From a virus (Duplodnaviria; Caudoviricetes): a stretch of DNA of 64,000 bases. Both the position numbers and the translations under genes were made by a program. Positions 25,101 to 33,462 of this stretch are shown here, piece after piece. Each line of letters starts with the position of its first letter. The stretch's first letter is position 1. The stretch is from IMG/VR virus record IMGVR_UViG_3300015050_001283, positions 7,966 through 71,965 of that record. One strand, 5' to 3'. Under the pieces are notes generated by a model. That model saw nothing but the letters and a program-made list of their open reading frames with translations. It made no database searches and had not been told where the DNA came from.

Positions 25101-27373
25101 CTGGTGGTCAGCGTCTTCTGGGGAAGGGTCAGACCGGCGACCACGACCCGGCCGTCCGGCCCCTGCATCGCCAAGGCGACGCGGGTCAGACTGCGGTTGC
25201 CGCTCTTGTCGGAGCGCGGTCCGCTCTCCAAGCTGGTGGTCAGCACGCGGTTCCACTGGTCAGGCAGCAGGCTCTGGAATTGTTCGTTGGTCCGGAAGTC
25301 GACGGACGGCGCACCCTCGATCACCGGCCCGTGCTCGAACACCATCTGCGGCGCGGGCTCCGCGGTCGGCTTCGCGATGATGGGCTCCGGCGGCACGATC
25401 GGCACAGACTCCGCGACCGGCCCGCCGGACACCTGGCCGGGCGGCATCCCGCCGTGCCGGTTCTTAATGTCCTCGCTGGCCTGCCAAATGGCCTTGTATT
25501 CGGGGGTGCCAAATTTCTCCGGCCCGAGCGCCGTCATCTGGCTCTGAAGCTCATTGTAGCGCGCGAGATCCGCGGCGACATCGGGCACCGTCGGGGGCTG
25601 CGCGGTCACTGGGGGGGTAACTGGCGCAACTGGTTCTGGTTCCAACGCTGGAGCCTGCGCGGTAAGGCGCGGATCAAGAAGGGGTGTTTCCGGTGTAAGT
25701 GATTGCGGCTCTACGCCGGAAGCCTGCGGATCAACAACACCGTCACCGACCATCGCGCGGCCAAGCAACTCAGCATCCCGCCGGGTGGCTTCGACCTCGC
25801 TGGCGGCATTTGGCACCGGGGCGCCGGCCATTGCAAACGCTTGGCGGCGGGTCTCGGCTTCGGCGCGGGCTTCCGCGGTGTCGCCCATCATCTGCCGGCC
25901 CAGCACTTCGGCCGGCACACCGGGCGCCGCGGCCTGTGCGACAGCCGCAAGCTCGTCGGGGGGCACGGCTGAGGGCGGCAACGGTGCCTGCGCCTGGAGC
26001 AGCTGGAACTCGGTTTCCTCGTCGGCGGACCGCGCGCGCGCGCCGAGCTCCGCCAGCCGCACCCATTTCTCCTCGTTGGGCATGGCGGCAACCGCCCGCA
26101 CGATGTCGGCATTGCTGCGGACCGGGCCGGCCGGCGCCGGTTCGACGATGGGAACGGTGGCCGCGGGCGGCGCGGCGACTGGCGGCGGCGCAACAGGGGG
26201 CGCTGCCGGCACCCCGGGCGCGTTGGGTTCGATAAAGATGGCAGGTGCAGCCACGGCGCCGCCGGCCGCGCCGGCAATGCCCGCCTCGCGGAAGCGCCGC
26301 AGATCGGCGTCGGTGAAGGTCAGGGGATCTTTCCCTTCCTTCAGGTTGCGGGCCACCACGTTGACGCCTTCCTGGAAATACTCGGTTGCGCCTTCGGTTG
26401 CCACGACGCCGGCCGCTTCGAGCAGCTTCTTGGCGCGGTCGGCCAAATACATCTTGCCCAGCTCTTTGGCTTGGGAGGCGGCAACCCCTGGGAATAGCCG
26501 GCCGAGCACCATGGTCGGCAATGCGCTGTCCGGGATGGCCGAAATCAACCCGAGGGCCAGCGCCGTGGGCCGGTCGCCGCCCTCGCTGTAAACGTCGCCG
26601 GCGTTCAGCAGATAACTGTTCGTGAGGTTGGCCGCGGCGAGCCCGCGCTTGGCGCCGATCGACATGGCCTGCCGGCCAACGACGTCAGCGATTTCCTTGG
26701 AGCCTGATTTCAGCGCCTGCTCCAGCCCGACCTCGGTCGCCTCTTTGAGCAGACCCTTGGTGGCAAGCTCCTCGGCGATGCCCTTACGGACCAGCTGCCG
26801 GATGGCGCTCTTCACGATGCTGCGCGCGACCAATCCCTCGGCGGCGCCGGCCACAGTGCCGGGGCCAGGCGCCACGGCGGAGCCCGCCAGCGCGCCGGCT
26901 CCGGCCACCACGCCGGCTTCGGCGATCGATGGGGCAACCTGTCCCACCTTGCTCATCGCGTAGCGGAGCGCGTCGCGGCTGAGCACCTTGCTGACGCCCT
27001 TCCGGCCGGGCGCAATGTCTTCGAGGGTCGGCACCGTTGGCGCGTTCGCCGCGGCATCCTCATCGAATGAAGCCGCCTTGTTGCGGAGATAGTCGCTGCC
27101 GGTTACCAAGCTGGCGCCGCCGAGCGCCGTGCTGGCCAGCCCTTGGAGGCCGCTCTTGAACGCACGGCTGAACTCCCCGGGCAGGCTGGGAGCATCGGCG
27201 TCGCGCACCTGCGACCACAGTTCGCCGAGTTCGGGGTCGGCATCGAAGAGCTGGGGCGCCTCCTGCTGGATGATCGGCCCAAGTTCCCGGACGATGAAAT
27301 CGTCTGGCCGATCATCAGACGCGCCCTGCTGGGCCAACGCCTGCCGGTATGCGTCGATAATCTTCGAGGGCAT
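18995..27373 (-). CDS. Giant internal virion/DNA-ejection protein (2792 aa)
   Basis: Last of four Ala/Gln-rich ORFs after the nozzle and fibre genes; Cys-free; N-terminal Gly/Ala hydrophobic stretch. Confidence 0.8.
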   Translation of the reverse strand: MPSKIIDAYRQALAQQGASDDRPDDFIVRELGPIIQQEAPQLFDADPELGELWSQVRDADAPSLPGEFSRAFKSGLQGLASTALGGASLVTGSDYLRNKAASFDEDAAANAPTVPTLEDIAPGRKGVSKVLSRDALRYAMSKVGQVAPSIAEAGVVAGAGALAGSAVAPGPGTVAGAAEGLVARSIVKSAIRQLVRKGIAEELATKGLLKEATEVGLEQALKSGSKEIADVVGRQAMSIGAKRGLAAANLTNSYLLNAGDVYSEGGDRPTALALGLISAIPDSALPTMVLGRLFPGVAASQAKELGKMYLADRAKKLLEAAGVVATEGATEYFQEGVNVVARNLKEGKDPLTFTDADLRRFREAGIAGAAGGAVAAPAIFIEPNAPGVPAAPPVAPPPVAAPPAATVPIVEPAPAGPVRSNADIVRAVAAMPNEEKWVRLAELGARARSADEETEFQLLQAQAPLPPSAVPPDELAAVAQAAAPGVPAEVLGRQMMGDTAEARAEAETRRQAFAMAGAPVPNAASEVEATRRDAELLGRAMVGDGVVDPQASGVEPQSLTPETPLLDPRLTAQAPALEPEPVAPVTPPVTAQPPTVPDVAADLARYNELQSQMTALGPEKFGTPEYKAIWQASEDIKNRHGGMPPGQVSGGPVAESVPIVPPEPIIAKPTAEPAPQMVFEHGPVIEGAPSVDFRTNEQFQSLLPDQWNRVLTTSLESGPRSDKSGNRSLTRVALAMQGPDGRVVVAGLTLPQKTLTTSGKTTFNEAAVQRMGVSRAGRRAVEAGGNHPATVQDVIAAGYQPIAVVHFSGDPGKIFQTFADAKGFDQAWGSTEKTQGQQIRPPAMTAQPAIARNREADITRRIDQLGNDYLRAKDQAERNKITTELKALYGELDLVAGREQGQTGEVPLDDANHLRRSQQATVQSADRASVFQAVAANLQNLGMKVDVFAKEFFAQAAREPIIQQIEQLKAQLPQAQGSMRAELTARIAQREARLAELAQAVGVAYSPWHVAISLDDVQKANLGNLVTLLHEAAESLTMRLNPVAKGLVLRAVDASMVELQAKAQQTAERNGMAAAPTTSAADLLAETMAQKLADAGVADSQSLAQAIVRWIKDLYYRTAMAVQRGFGAEPNAQLALDWFENQLRRETGGDFDYRLSSLMDRFLTVPMTEQVRKFHGAKDTPGSVADFFDPLDQSMRQPWVEPISPDAMRWNVEFRQSDAPSDQNIPDPEARARIDSAAVHETLALGRKLHAELAPKTPWEQFWKLVGRGDDPVLLLADQERRVPGTQSARIGGARMTKPMNDLAGLNARILVEKMHLRQLRELARSKKQIDDSAQAMVDQAKEMNKLESDLRNASLHEDTLRAKLRKMATDLVRSMRRGLSTAHTHGRLYEAIQQAEGLLETDPMPEAYQRVLKQAVDGTLPIFDSVRALAELDLPLADMTNAEVVKAIRDNAEMNPQLRAMAENRPLAVAIAALARSNIEQVDQIQLGWLRDTTKFREIHKQLDEIRSASADQISRMVRQMDERASAKGLAERIRVGYLKRRRALQTMQNRVQIAEERVALLEKAIPITAEQVNQMQQTAGGAYSEWYPVEGAKFTAMVPGDSGAFTSERRTLSFNPDGSAKDSDQIKRDLTNNMEWLRANADRKGTRHFETVKRQTMELAMLDVQKKYPAGWVSMLDKMVQPLGAEAKAAGHSSGARIAQMLQQFEFINRSHREEVSAAAGWWTKALTDVEESTGITDHGQMLGQVYDPVMYFLNVNPGLDEQHAIREATRMARQLLTKPPAEDFNEKFATLLRRTKENSELMLKIAEQYGVFVKDPRISNALRQAVAQGWLTTPRSLRADVLQTIVRDMEQAGWKLQLKEETGEDGTARRSVVRATTFDGLTPEDLDPKNSQALSATLKQYFTPGILDRWLVPFINKPGSEIFSWAGDPIPQLEVQQAWTTAGGDVLQFIDNLAKGRQLQVNEETAADPLADFRGNILGQIDRLFGMEAKLAYESQQVRDLFDPMGPKPHTLMDARMNDLLPPEHVQFQSFDPTSSQRLLGMLAFHGAFGRNGDRMVQTVNELKGVLAARKAEFDSLKGTTKGARAAEAAARGLDYKQLEAASDRYSGVLEMQSKIRGLFGVGNTAGPFADLRGGMEVMNAMTGQLVDNPKVGAYNLLSLSQRPFAMRSLGPMTISASARAYANLLETTLGSFLENLNIHVMRSSEYAKDVGSVEGQVFRNLPWGTVLADIGHRGKFQSSKTDRFLIKPLRALRSIQRKGVKVGIGDGTQEFPRLALIPGFGVLNSISQIAAQANTLASVQMYEKIVRNGLTHFSNHPDALHDPSFRFTDKQLKIGRFDKGVLDYFRDKSIEYGIGNLEDVIRQAAPAAAKGDRLLTRDQVLRIAQMTANELDGAASINTTPSVLQTNPLLKIGMPLLRWPLWMMHNVHQGLNTADGQRSLKAMAKGLGTLALWNLPMGIAFSLLLDQYDDKLLGKKSNLRSIDALNAIPLVGPALGFIAGKDSPTDNALALLERSARAGNVYGLGADLAGQLVGQIDPSSGQRGFSLDQRVFAMSQFLSMSQSLRNLITQGGDATWASVGRQAFSSMGGNGVLHSIDITNNLLGLDNAESRLVQRINAQNWLRSAGREVGIEVRASGGGTANAPTPMTVWTREMSLSAMANDRLGFLDNYRKALNAAREQVADDPRISPVDREKEAAKRVLASWQSRNPLEVFRFKPTTAQLAQLYTVMDDDGRADTQEAIRRYDSFTSLIKPTETQRYFERQMSSTSRSEDAMRRRMNGSGMLFSSR

Positions 27374-27381
27374 CGACTACC

Positions 27382-28872
27382 TCACTGCCGCCACCAGTTG
27401 TCGGGTTGGCCTGCGAATTCGAGGGGGGTGCTGCCGGCCGGAGTGGAGATCGTTGGGGCGGTCACGCCAGCAGGAAGGCCGAGCATCGCCCGGCGCTTCG
27501 CTTCCAGCTCACGCTGCACAGCCTGCTGCTTGATGAGCAGGTTGCTGAGGAGCTTCGCCTGGGCGGACCCGTCAAGCATCACCGACTGCGGGTCAGCCAA
27601 GAGATCCGTCACCTTTTGGGAGCGCGGGGTGGTGCGCGACAGTTCGTCAGGCACCAGCAGCGACTGGGAGCCGCCACCGCGGACACGGGCGATCTGCTGG
27701 TTCACGTTGTTCAGCTCGTCCATCGCCAAATTATAGGGGTCCGCCAGTGCCCGGTTCTGGGCGCTGCGGTTGCTGGCACCGATGCTCTCGTTCTCGCGCG
27801 CGATGATCGGATCGCTGGTCGGGTTCGCGAGGAGCGGTGCACGGGCCGGGCCGGCAGCCGATGCAGCGGCGGCAGCTTGCGCGCCTTCGGGCGGCTGCCC
27901 GGTGGCAGCACGGACGGCAGCGGTCAGCGCGGCGGTGCGCTGCTCGGGGGTGGCAGCCGCTCCGCGGCCGGCCGGCGCCGCTGCGGCAACCGGTTCCGCC
28001 AGCACCGAAGCCTTCGGCGCGACGCCAAAGGTTCTGGTCAGGTCGGACTGCTGCTGGCGGATGTTGTTCAGTCGCGCATTGAGAATCTGATACTGGATCT
28101 TGGCGTCCTCCTTGTCCTGAAGCCAGCGCTGGAGGGCCATGCTTTGCGCCTCCGAGGTGGCTTGGCCAACCATGGCTTGGATTTCCTGCTGGGAAGGCGC
28201 CTTGCCGCCCTTCGCATCGCGGGCCAAGGCCAGCGCACGATTGAGGACGGTCTGCTGGTCGACGGTCGGCTGGCTTTCGCCGAGCTTCGCCTCAAGAGAG
28301 GCGAGCTGCTGGCGCACCTGCTGGCCTTCGACGGTAAGCGCATCGATCGAGGCCGCAGCGTTGCCGGGCTGCTCAAGCTGGAGCTTCGCCGCGCTGGCCT
28401 TGATCTGGGAAAGCGCGCTCTTCGCCGCTTCGATGGCCTGCGGGTTGTTCATCATGTCCCGGGCCAGGAGCGGACGACCGTCCGGCCCGGGAGTCGTGAG
28501 AAGTTCGGTGTAGATCTTGTCGAGGCCACGACGTTGCGCTTCGGCAAACGCCGCGGCCACGGCCTTCGGGTCGTTCATGGCGCCCGGCGCCAAGATCCCC
28601 TCGTGGACCAGCGCCGCCGCGGCAGCCATCTGGCTGCTGAAAATCAGGTTGTCTCGCTCGGCCGCACGCGCCGCCCCGACATCGGCAAGCTGGTCCGCGC
28701 GCCGGCGTCCATAGACCTGCTGGTCGTAATCGCGCGCCGATTGAACATCCTGAAGCTGGTTGCCACGGCGACGCGCCTCGTCTTCGAGCGAGAGCTTGCG
28801 ATTCGCATAATCGCGCGCGCCCCCGGCGATTGCCTCGCCGAGCATCGTCAGACCATTTTGCTGGGTGGCCAT
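27382..28872 (-). CDS. Internal virion/ejection protein
   Basis: 496 aa, Ala/Gln-rich, helical, Cys-free; position in the cluster. Confidence 0.75.
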   Translation of the reverse strand: MATQQNGLTMLGEAIAGGARDYANRKLSLEDEARRRGNQLQDVQSARDYDQQVYGRRRADQLADVGAARAAERDNLIFSSQMAAAAALVHEGILAPGAMNDPKAVAAAFAEAQRRGLDKIYTELLTTPGPDGRPLLARDMMNNPQAIEAAKSALSQIKASAAKLQLEQPGNAAASIDALTVEGQQVRQQLASLEAKLGESQPTVDQQTVLNRALALARDAKGGKAPSQQEIQAMVGQATSEAQSMALQRWLQDKEDAKIQYQILNARLNNIRQQQSDLTRTFGVAPKASVLAEPVAAAAPAGRGAAATPEQRTAALTAAVRAATGQPPEGAQAAAAASAAGPARAPLLANPTSDPIIARENESIGASNRSAQNRALADPYNLAMDELNNVNQQIARVRGGGSQSLLVPDELSRTTPRSQKVTDLLADPQSVMLDGSAQAKLLSNLLIKQQAVQRELEAKRRAMLGLPAGVTAPTISTPAGSTPLEFAGQPDNWWRQ

Positions 28873-30107
28873 CAGTAGTAGGGGCCGACGCCGGTCGCCT
28901 TCGGATAGGCGTTCGGGTCACCGTATTGGTAAGGGTTTGGCGTTGCCGCTTTCGGCGTCTGCCACCACTTGTTGGCGTTGCCGATCGAGATGGCTGCACC
29001 CGTGAGGTTCGCGCCGAAGCCGGCGAGATCGTTGCCGCTGTTGTCGGCCTGCACGGGGTTGTAGGTGGCGGTCGGCGCCTGAGAATTGGAAGCCCACCAG
29101 TTGAGCGCGTTCTGGGTGCGGAGCAGGCCGGCGTTCCGCTGGTCGTCGATGTTCCGCGTGGTCGTGATGAACTGGTTCTGGAGCTGCGGAAGGCTGAGGG
29201 CAGCTTGCAGGGTCCGGCCGTAGTCGGCGTTGGTCAGCTGCTGACGCTGGTCGGCCAGCGCACCGGCAATCGAGTAACCCTGATTGGCGCCGAAGCCGCC
29301 GATGTCGCGGGTGTCGGTCGCATTGGCGACCCGCGCAGCCCCGACGGCGTTGGCGCCGCGCTGGCGCGCATCGACGGTCGCACGGGTGGCGGCGTTGATG
29401 TCACCGGTCGAACCGCCCACATATCCCTGCTGGGCGCGGTCGGCGTCGAGCTGGTCGAGGGTGCGCTCCAACCCGAGATTGACGGCGGTAACCTGCCCCT
29501 CGGCATCCGCAAGACGTGCATCGCTCAGCGGCTGCTGGGCGGCGGTGAGCTTGGCCAGTGCCTGGTCGAGCGCCGCGGTCTTTGAGACGGCGGCGGCATC
29601 CGCCGTGCCGAGTTCCGTCTGGAGCTGCTGACCGGAAGTCGCGCGCGCGATAATCTGACGCGCCAAATCGTAGTCGCCCTGAGCGATCGCCTGCTGTGCG
29701 CGCGCAATCTCGGCGCGATTAGAGTCGTTGGCGACGTCGGCCAGCAAACCGGGAAGCGCCTGTTGGAGAAGCCCCTGCTCAAGCGGAAGCGCTTCGGTGT
29801 CGGCGGTGTTCTCGTAACCGGCGGCATCAAGCGCGGCAATGGCGTCAGCATCGCCGGCGTTGGCGCGCGCGATGAGAGCATCCAGCTCCTCCTGCGGCAG
29901 ACCGGGAGGGGGGGCGGTGGTGACCTGCGGGTTCTGCGGGTTCACACGGCCGGTGTCGAACACGTCATCCGGGATCTCGTCCCAGTTGTTCACGCCGGCC
30001 GAATACTGCACGGAGTCGACCCATTTGTTGAAGGCGTCGTTCTGCTCCGGGGTGCCCACTTGGCGCCCCAGCTGCCGATAAACTGTGAGTAGACGATCGT
30101 AGGTCAT
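28872..30107 (-). CDS. Internal virion/ejection protein
   Basis: 411 aa, Ala/Gln/Asn-rich, Cys-free; position in the cluster. Confidence 0.75.
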   Translation of the reverse strand: MTYDRLLTVYRQLGRQVGTPEQNDAFNKWVDSVQYSAGVNNWDEIPDDVFDTGRVNPQNPQVTTAPPPGLPQEELDALIARANAGDADAIAALDAAGYENTADTEALPLEQGLLQQALPGLLADVANDSNRAEIARAQQAIAQGDYDLARQIIARATSGQQLQTELGTADAAAVSKTAALDQALAKLTAAQQPLSDARLADAEGQVTAVNLGLERTLDQLDADRAQQGYVGGSTGDINAATRATVDARQRGANAVGAARVANATDTRDIGGFGANQGYSIAGALADQRQQLTNADYGRTLQAALSLPQLQNQFITTTRNIDDQRNAGLLRTQNALNWWASNSQAPTATYNPVQADNSGNDLAGFGANLTGAAISIGNANKWWQTPKAATPNPYQYGDPNAYPKATGVGPYY

Positions 30108-30595
30108 CAGAAGATCCCCAGCGGGTCGAAGAAGCTGCGGTCTTTACCGCCTATTCCAAGCGGGTTGCCGATCAAAATGTCCTTGGTGCGGCTGTTACCG
30201 CCACCGCCTCCGGCGGCAGCGGGCGCGGCAGCGACCGGAGACCCATAGGTGCCAAAAGACGGGACGCGGCTGAGGGTGTTCGCTGGCATGTTCGTGCCCT
30301 TCTTGCGCCACGTGGGTTGCGCGCCGGGCACCTTGAAGTTTGCCGTGGCCCAGAGCGGAAGCCGCGCATTGATGGGCGGACCGGCCGGGATGACACCGGC
30401 CGCGGCACCCTGCGGATTCACACCGCGGCTCATCAGGTAGCTCTGCCAGGCGGAATTATTCTGCTGGGCTTGGAGTTCGGCATTCGTTGCCTGCGCGGCT
30501 TTCGCGTCCTTCGATGCTTTGTTGGCGCCATAGAGCGACGCGCCGACACCTGCGACGGCGGCTCCAGCTGCGACTGCGCCCCAGATCTCAGCTAT
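30107..30595 (-). CDS. Small ejection protein (P22 gp7/T7 gp14-like role), probably starting at a non-canonical ATA
   Basis: The frame of track ORF 30107..30433 stays open upstream as (I/M)AEIWGAVAAGAAVAGVGASLYGANKASKDAKAAQ..., a typical ejection-protein N-terminus; no ATG, GTG or TTG upstream of that hydrophobic N-terminus before an in-frame TGA. Confidence 0.65.
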   Translation of the reverse strand: MAEIWGAVAAGAAVAGVGASLYGANKASKDAKAAQATNAELQAQQNNSAWQSYLMSRGVNPQGAAAGVIPAGPPINARLPLWATANFKVPGAQPTWRKKGTNMPANTLSRVPSFGTYGSPVAAAPAAAGGGGGNSRTKDILIGNPLGIGGKDRSFFDPLGIF

Positions 30596-31133
30596 GGGAT
30601 TGAACGACTTCTGCCTTCACGGCTGCGCCCTCCTGATTGGTGGTTAAATAGTTCCAGTGAAAGCCGCCGGCTTGCCCGAACCGTCCGACGAGGGCCAAGC
30701 GAAGTGACTTGCGATCCACTCCGGTATCGCGCGCCGCCTCGATCTGGGTCTGGTAAACCTTCTTGGTTTCCACGCACTCGAAAGGATTCGTCCACCGCCG
30801 CACCTGCCCCTTACGCACATTGGCGTAAGCGTTCTTCAGGTCGCGGTTCTGCGTCTGGACGGCATCGGTCACGAAGCGGCAGTTGTCCGGCGAGTAGCCG
30901 AGATTGTTGTCGCGCCGATCGATTTCGAGACCCTTCGCCCAGCCGTTCGCCAGCGCCCACTTCGCGAACGCCGGCCAGTAATGCCACTCGTCGCACACGG
31001 TGATGCCTCGGTCGGCGTAGCGCGCCTGGTAGCGATTGCCCAGCTTGCAGCGCGTCAGCATATCCTGCCACGCCTGATAGAGCTTGGGGTGTTTCGCGAC
31101 CTTGAACGGCGCAGGATAAAAATTTCGGCTCAT
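30588..31133 (-). CDS. HNH homing endonuclease with a C-terminal NUMOD1-like DNA-binding domain (mobile gene)
   Basis: LYQAWQDMLTRC...YADRGITVCDEW...EIDRRDNNLGYSPDNCRF; CVETKKVY.T..EAARDTG. Confidence 0.88.
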   Translation of the reverse strand: MSRNFYPAPFKVAKHPKLYQAWQDMLTRCKLGNRYQARYADRGITVCDEWHYWPAFAKWALANGWAKGLEIDRRDNNLGYSPDNCRFVTDAVQTQNRDLKNAYANVRKGQVRRWTNPFECVETKKVYQTQIEAARDTGVDRKSLRLALVGRFGQAGGFHWNYLTTNQEGAAVKAEVVQSHS

Positions 31134-31137
31134 GGGG

Positions 31138-31731
31138 TTATTCCATCTCGAAGTGCGTGACCCAGACCATGCGACCGCCCTCGGCCGTGGTGCCAAATCC
31201 GTTCTTCGGACAGCGTGCGTGAAACAGGGGGGCTCTGAAAACGACTGCGCGATTGAAGACGCCGCGCACAAAATCAAGCTGCTCCCATTCCTTCTCGCCG
31301 CCCTTCACCATGTCCCGCTTGAGGACATCGAAGCGCTTCTTCGATCGCATCTCCTGGAAGGTGGGCATCTCGGTCAGGCCGGACTTGCGGTGGCGGTAGA
31401 AGCCCGTGCCGCTCGGCTCCTTGTGTTCGGACAGATACGCCACGCAGGTCCACGAGCCGGACTCGCGGTCGGAGTGAACGTAAGCTTTTTCGGTCTCCTT
31501 GTTGGTGACCCGGAAAAACATGCTGTTGGGGTAAACCGGGCGCCCCATCGCCAGCGTCAGGGAGTGCAGCATCAGGCTGTGCTTGCCCCAGAAATTCATG
31601 CCCTCGTAGACAGAGGAGCCGACTTCGCCCTTGTTGGGACGCCATGTCCCAAAGCCTGATTGCAATGCAGACGTGCGGACTTCACCGATGAGCGGGCAGA
31701 AGTCGTCGAAAATCTTTACGGTATTGAGCAT
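31138..31731 (-). CDS. 2OG-Fe(II) oxygenase-like protein (DUF6445-like)
   Basis: IFDDF, VHSD (HxD), CVAYLS...SGTGFY, FNRAVVFRAPLFH (distal His), GFG...GRMVWV. Confidence 0.8.
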   Translation of the reverse strand: MLNTVKIFDDFCPLIGEVRTSALQSGFGTWRPNKGEVGSSVYEGMNFWGKHSLMLHSLTLAMGRPVYPNSMFFRVTNKETEKAYVHSDRESGSWTCVAYLSEHKEPSGTGFYRHRKSGLTEMPTFQEMRSKKRFDVLKRDMVKGGEKEWEQLDFVRGVFNRAVVFRAPLFHARCPKNGFGTTAEGGRMVWVTHFEME

Positions 31732-31789
31732 TGGCGGCGCTTTATTGCCGCTGTCATTACCGCTGGCCCCGGGAATTGTAAAGGAATTA

Positions 31790-32185
31790 CTAGGGAGCCG
31801 GCGGGGACGACTCTTTGATGACAGGCGCCAAGTCGGCCAGCAGCGACGGCTGCCCCGAAATGCCCTTGTCGCGCTGGAGTTTGGCGCGCGCCACCTGTTC
31901 GAGCTTCACCTCCGGCGCGTCCTTGTCCTTCAGCTCCTCGATCTGCTTGGTCCAATCGGAAACCGCCTTGGCGTTTTCCATCGTCACCTGCTGGCCTGGC
32001 AGCACGCCGAGGGTCTGACTGATGATTCCGCGTGCGGTTTCGTAAGCCCTCACCGCGTCGCCCACGGCCATGATGTTTTGGGCCATGAGCCATGCGGTGT
32101 CGGCATCGACATCCTTGATGAGACCTAGCGCTTTGTGGAGCGCCAGTAGCTTGCGATTGGTAAGCACCATTCCGCGATGGTGCAT
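31790..32185 (-). CDS. Hypothetical helical protein in the tail region
   Basis: 131 aa, located between the fibre and oxygenase genes. Confidence 0.6.
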   Translation of the reverse strand: MHHRGMVLTNRKLLALHKALGLIKDVDADTAWLMAQNIMAVGDAVRAYETARGIISQTLGVLPGQQVTMENAKAVSDWTKQIEELKDKDAPEVKLEQVARAKLQRDKGISGQPSLLADLAPVIKESSPPAP

Positions 32186-32205
32186 CGTGCCCCACTCCCT
32201 GTCAA

Positions 32206-33462
32206 TCAGATGTTCACGCAGGACACAGTGAGATCCACGACGTTTACCATGTCAGCCGGCAGCGCGCTCTTTAGGCGGCATCCGAATTCGATGTAGTCGC
32301 CACCGGCCAAACCGCCTGGCGAAACACCGCCGCTAATGTTGAGTGACCCCGAGCCTGAAGCGGCTGTGACACGGACGTCGAAAGGAGTAACCTGAACGGT
32401 GGCACCGCCGTTAATCCGATAAATGATCGCAAGATCAATGTATCCACCAACGGGCACAGGCGTGCAGCCCCCGTTCTCGATGCAGGTGAATTGCGCGTCC
32501 GACTGCCCGAAACGGTTGGTGATGTCGGCCAATCCGCTGGCGTTCGTCCACCCGTAAAATGTGACCATCCACACCTCGATCGGCGTGATGTCCATGTTAT
32601 TCCAGCCCGGTCCGCCGTTGTCGTCAGTCGCGTGCTGCCACGTCACGGCTTGCATGACCTTTGCTGGGTCGGCCGGGTTGTAGAATGCTGAGTCCGTGGC
32701 GATGAACGAAGCCTCCAGATAACCGCGGATCACCACGTCGTTGAACTCGGCATTGCCAGCCTCATCGATGAGCCAGCCATCGACCCCGGGATTGTAGTTT
32801 CCGCTCTGGGCCGTGCCAGTGATGCTGAGGTTCGAGCCGTTCCACACGAACTTATCGTTGAGCGAAAACCGGCCGGTGTCGTCGACGTAGAAAGGCGTCG
32901 TGGCGCCGGAGTAGATGCCGTCCCCGATGTAGACCTTGCCGTTGGCGGCATCGACTACGAGGGTGTCCGCCAGTCGCACCACATCGTCGATGGCATCGGC
33001 CACGAACATCACCTTCTTGGTCGTGCCGGAGTAGATCTGGAACTTGTCCGCCTGGAAGGTCACCTCCGAGATGTTCACACCCGGCCCGGTCGAACTCGTG
33101 ATGTTCATGCCGGTCACCACGTCGCCGGCGGTGACCGTCAGGGTATATTTCCCTGAGAGATTCCCGAACCCGTCGGACACGATCTCCGCCAGCTCCACGA
33201 TCGAGGCCGTCACTCCGTCGACCGTGACCGTAAGATTGAGCAGGCCGGTGTTATTCTGGTTGATGACCGTCGCCGACTCCTCGTTGGTCTCGGAGACGGC
33301 AGCCACCAGCACCCCATACCAGCGATCGATTTCCGACTGATACTGCTCCATCTCCGGGAACCGCTCGACGACTGCATCCGGGACGCGAGGCATCCGCGGC
33401 GGCAGATTCATTGTGTCCGGCGCCGGCGCCGGCGCTGAACTTTTGTCTTCCAGCGAGGGCAT
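32206..33462 (-). CDS. Tail fibre/needle protein with a DUF1983-like domain
   Basis: N-terminal coiled coil, then SGKYTLTVTAGDVVTGMNI...FQADKFQI; beta-rich C-terminus. Confidence 0.7.
   Translation of the reverse strand: MPSLEDKSSAPAPAPDTMNLPPRMPRVPDAVVERFPEMEQYQSEIDRWYGVLVAAVSETNEESATVINQNNTGLLNLTVTVDGVTASIVELAEIVSDGFGNLSGKYTLTVTAGDVVTGMNITSSTGPGVNISEVTFQADKFQIYSGTTKKVMFVADAIDDVVRLADTLVVDAANGKVYIGDGIYSGATTPFYVDDTGRFSLNDKFVWNGSNLSITGTAQSGNYNPGVDGWLIDEAGNAEFNDVVIRGYLEASFIATDSAFYNPADPAKVMQAVTWQHATDDNGGPGWNNMDITPIEVWMVTFYGWTNASGLADITNRFGQSDAQFTCIENGGCTPVPVGGYIDLAIIYRINGGATVQVTPFDVRVTAASGSGSLNISGGVSPGGLAGGDYIEFGCRLKSALPADMVNVVDLTVSCVNI

Noticed and set aside
21290-25702. Long plus-strand ORFs (607 aa and 472 aa)
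   Set aside because: Antisense shadows of the giant gene, produced by GC3 bias
18995-27373. Virion RNA polymerase (N4- or crAss-like) within the giant ORF
   Set aside because: I saw no DxDxD/NADFDGD motif or T7-type motifs; only an isolated GDFDY. A structure search is needed to exclude it fully
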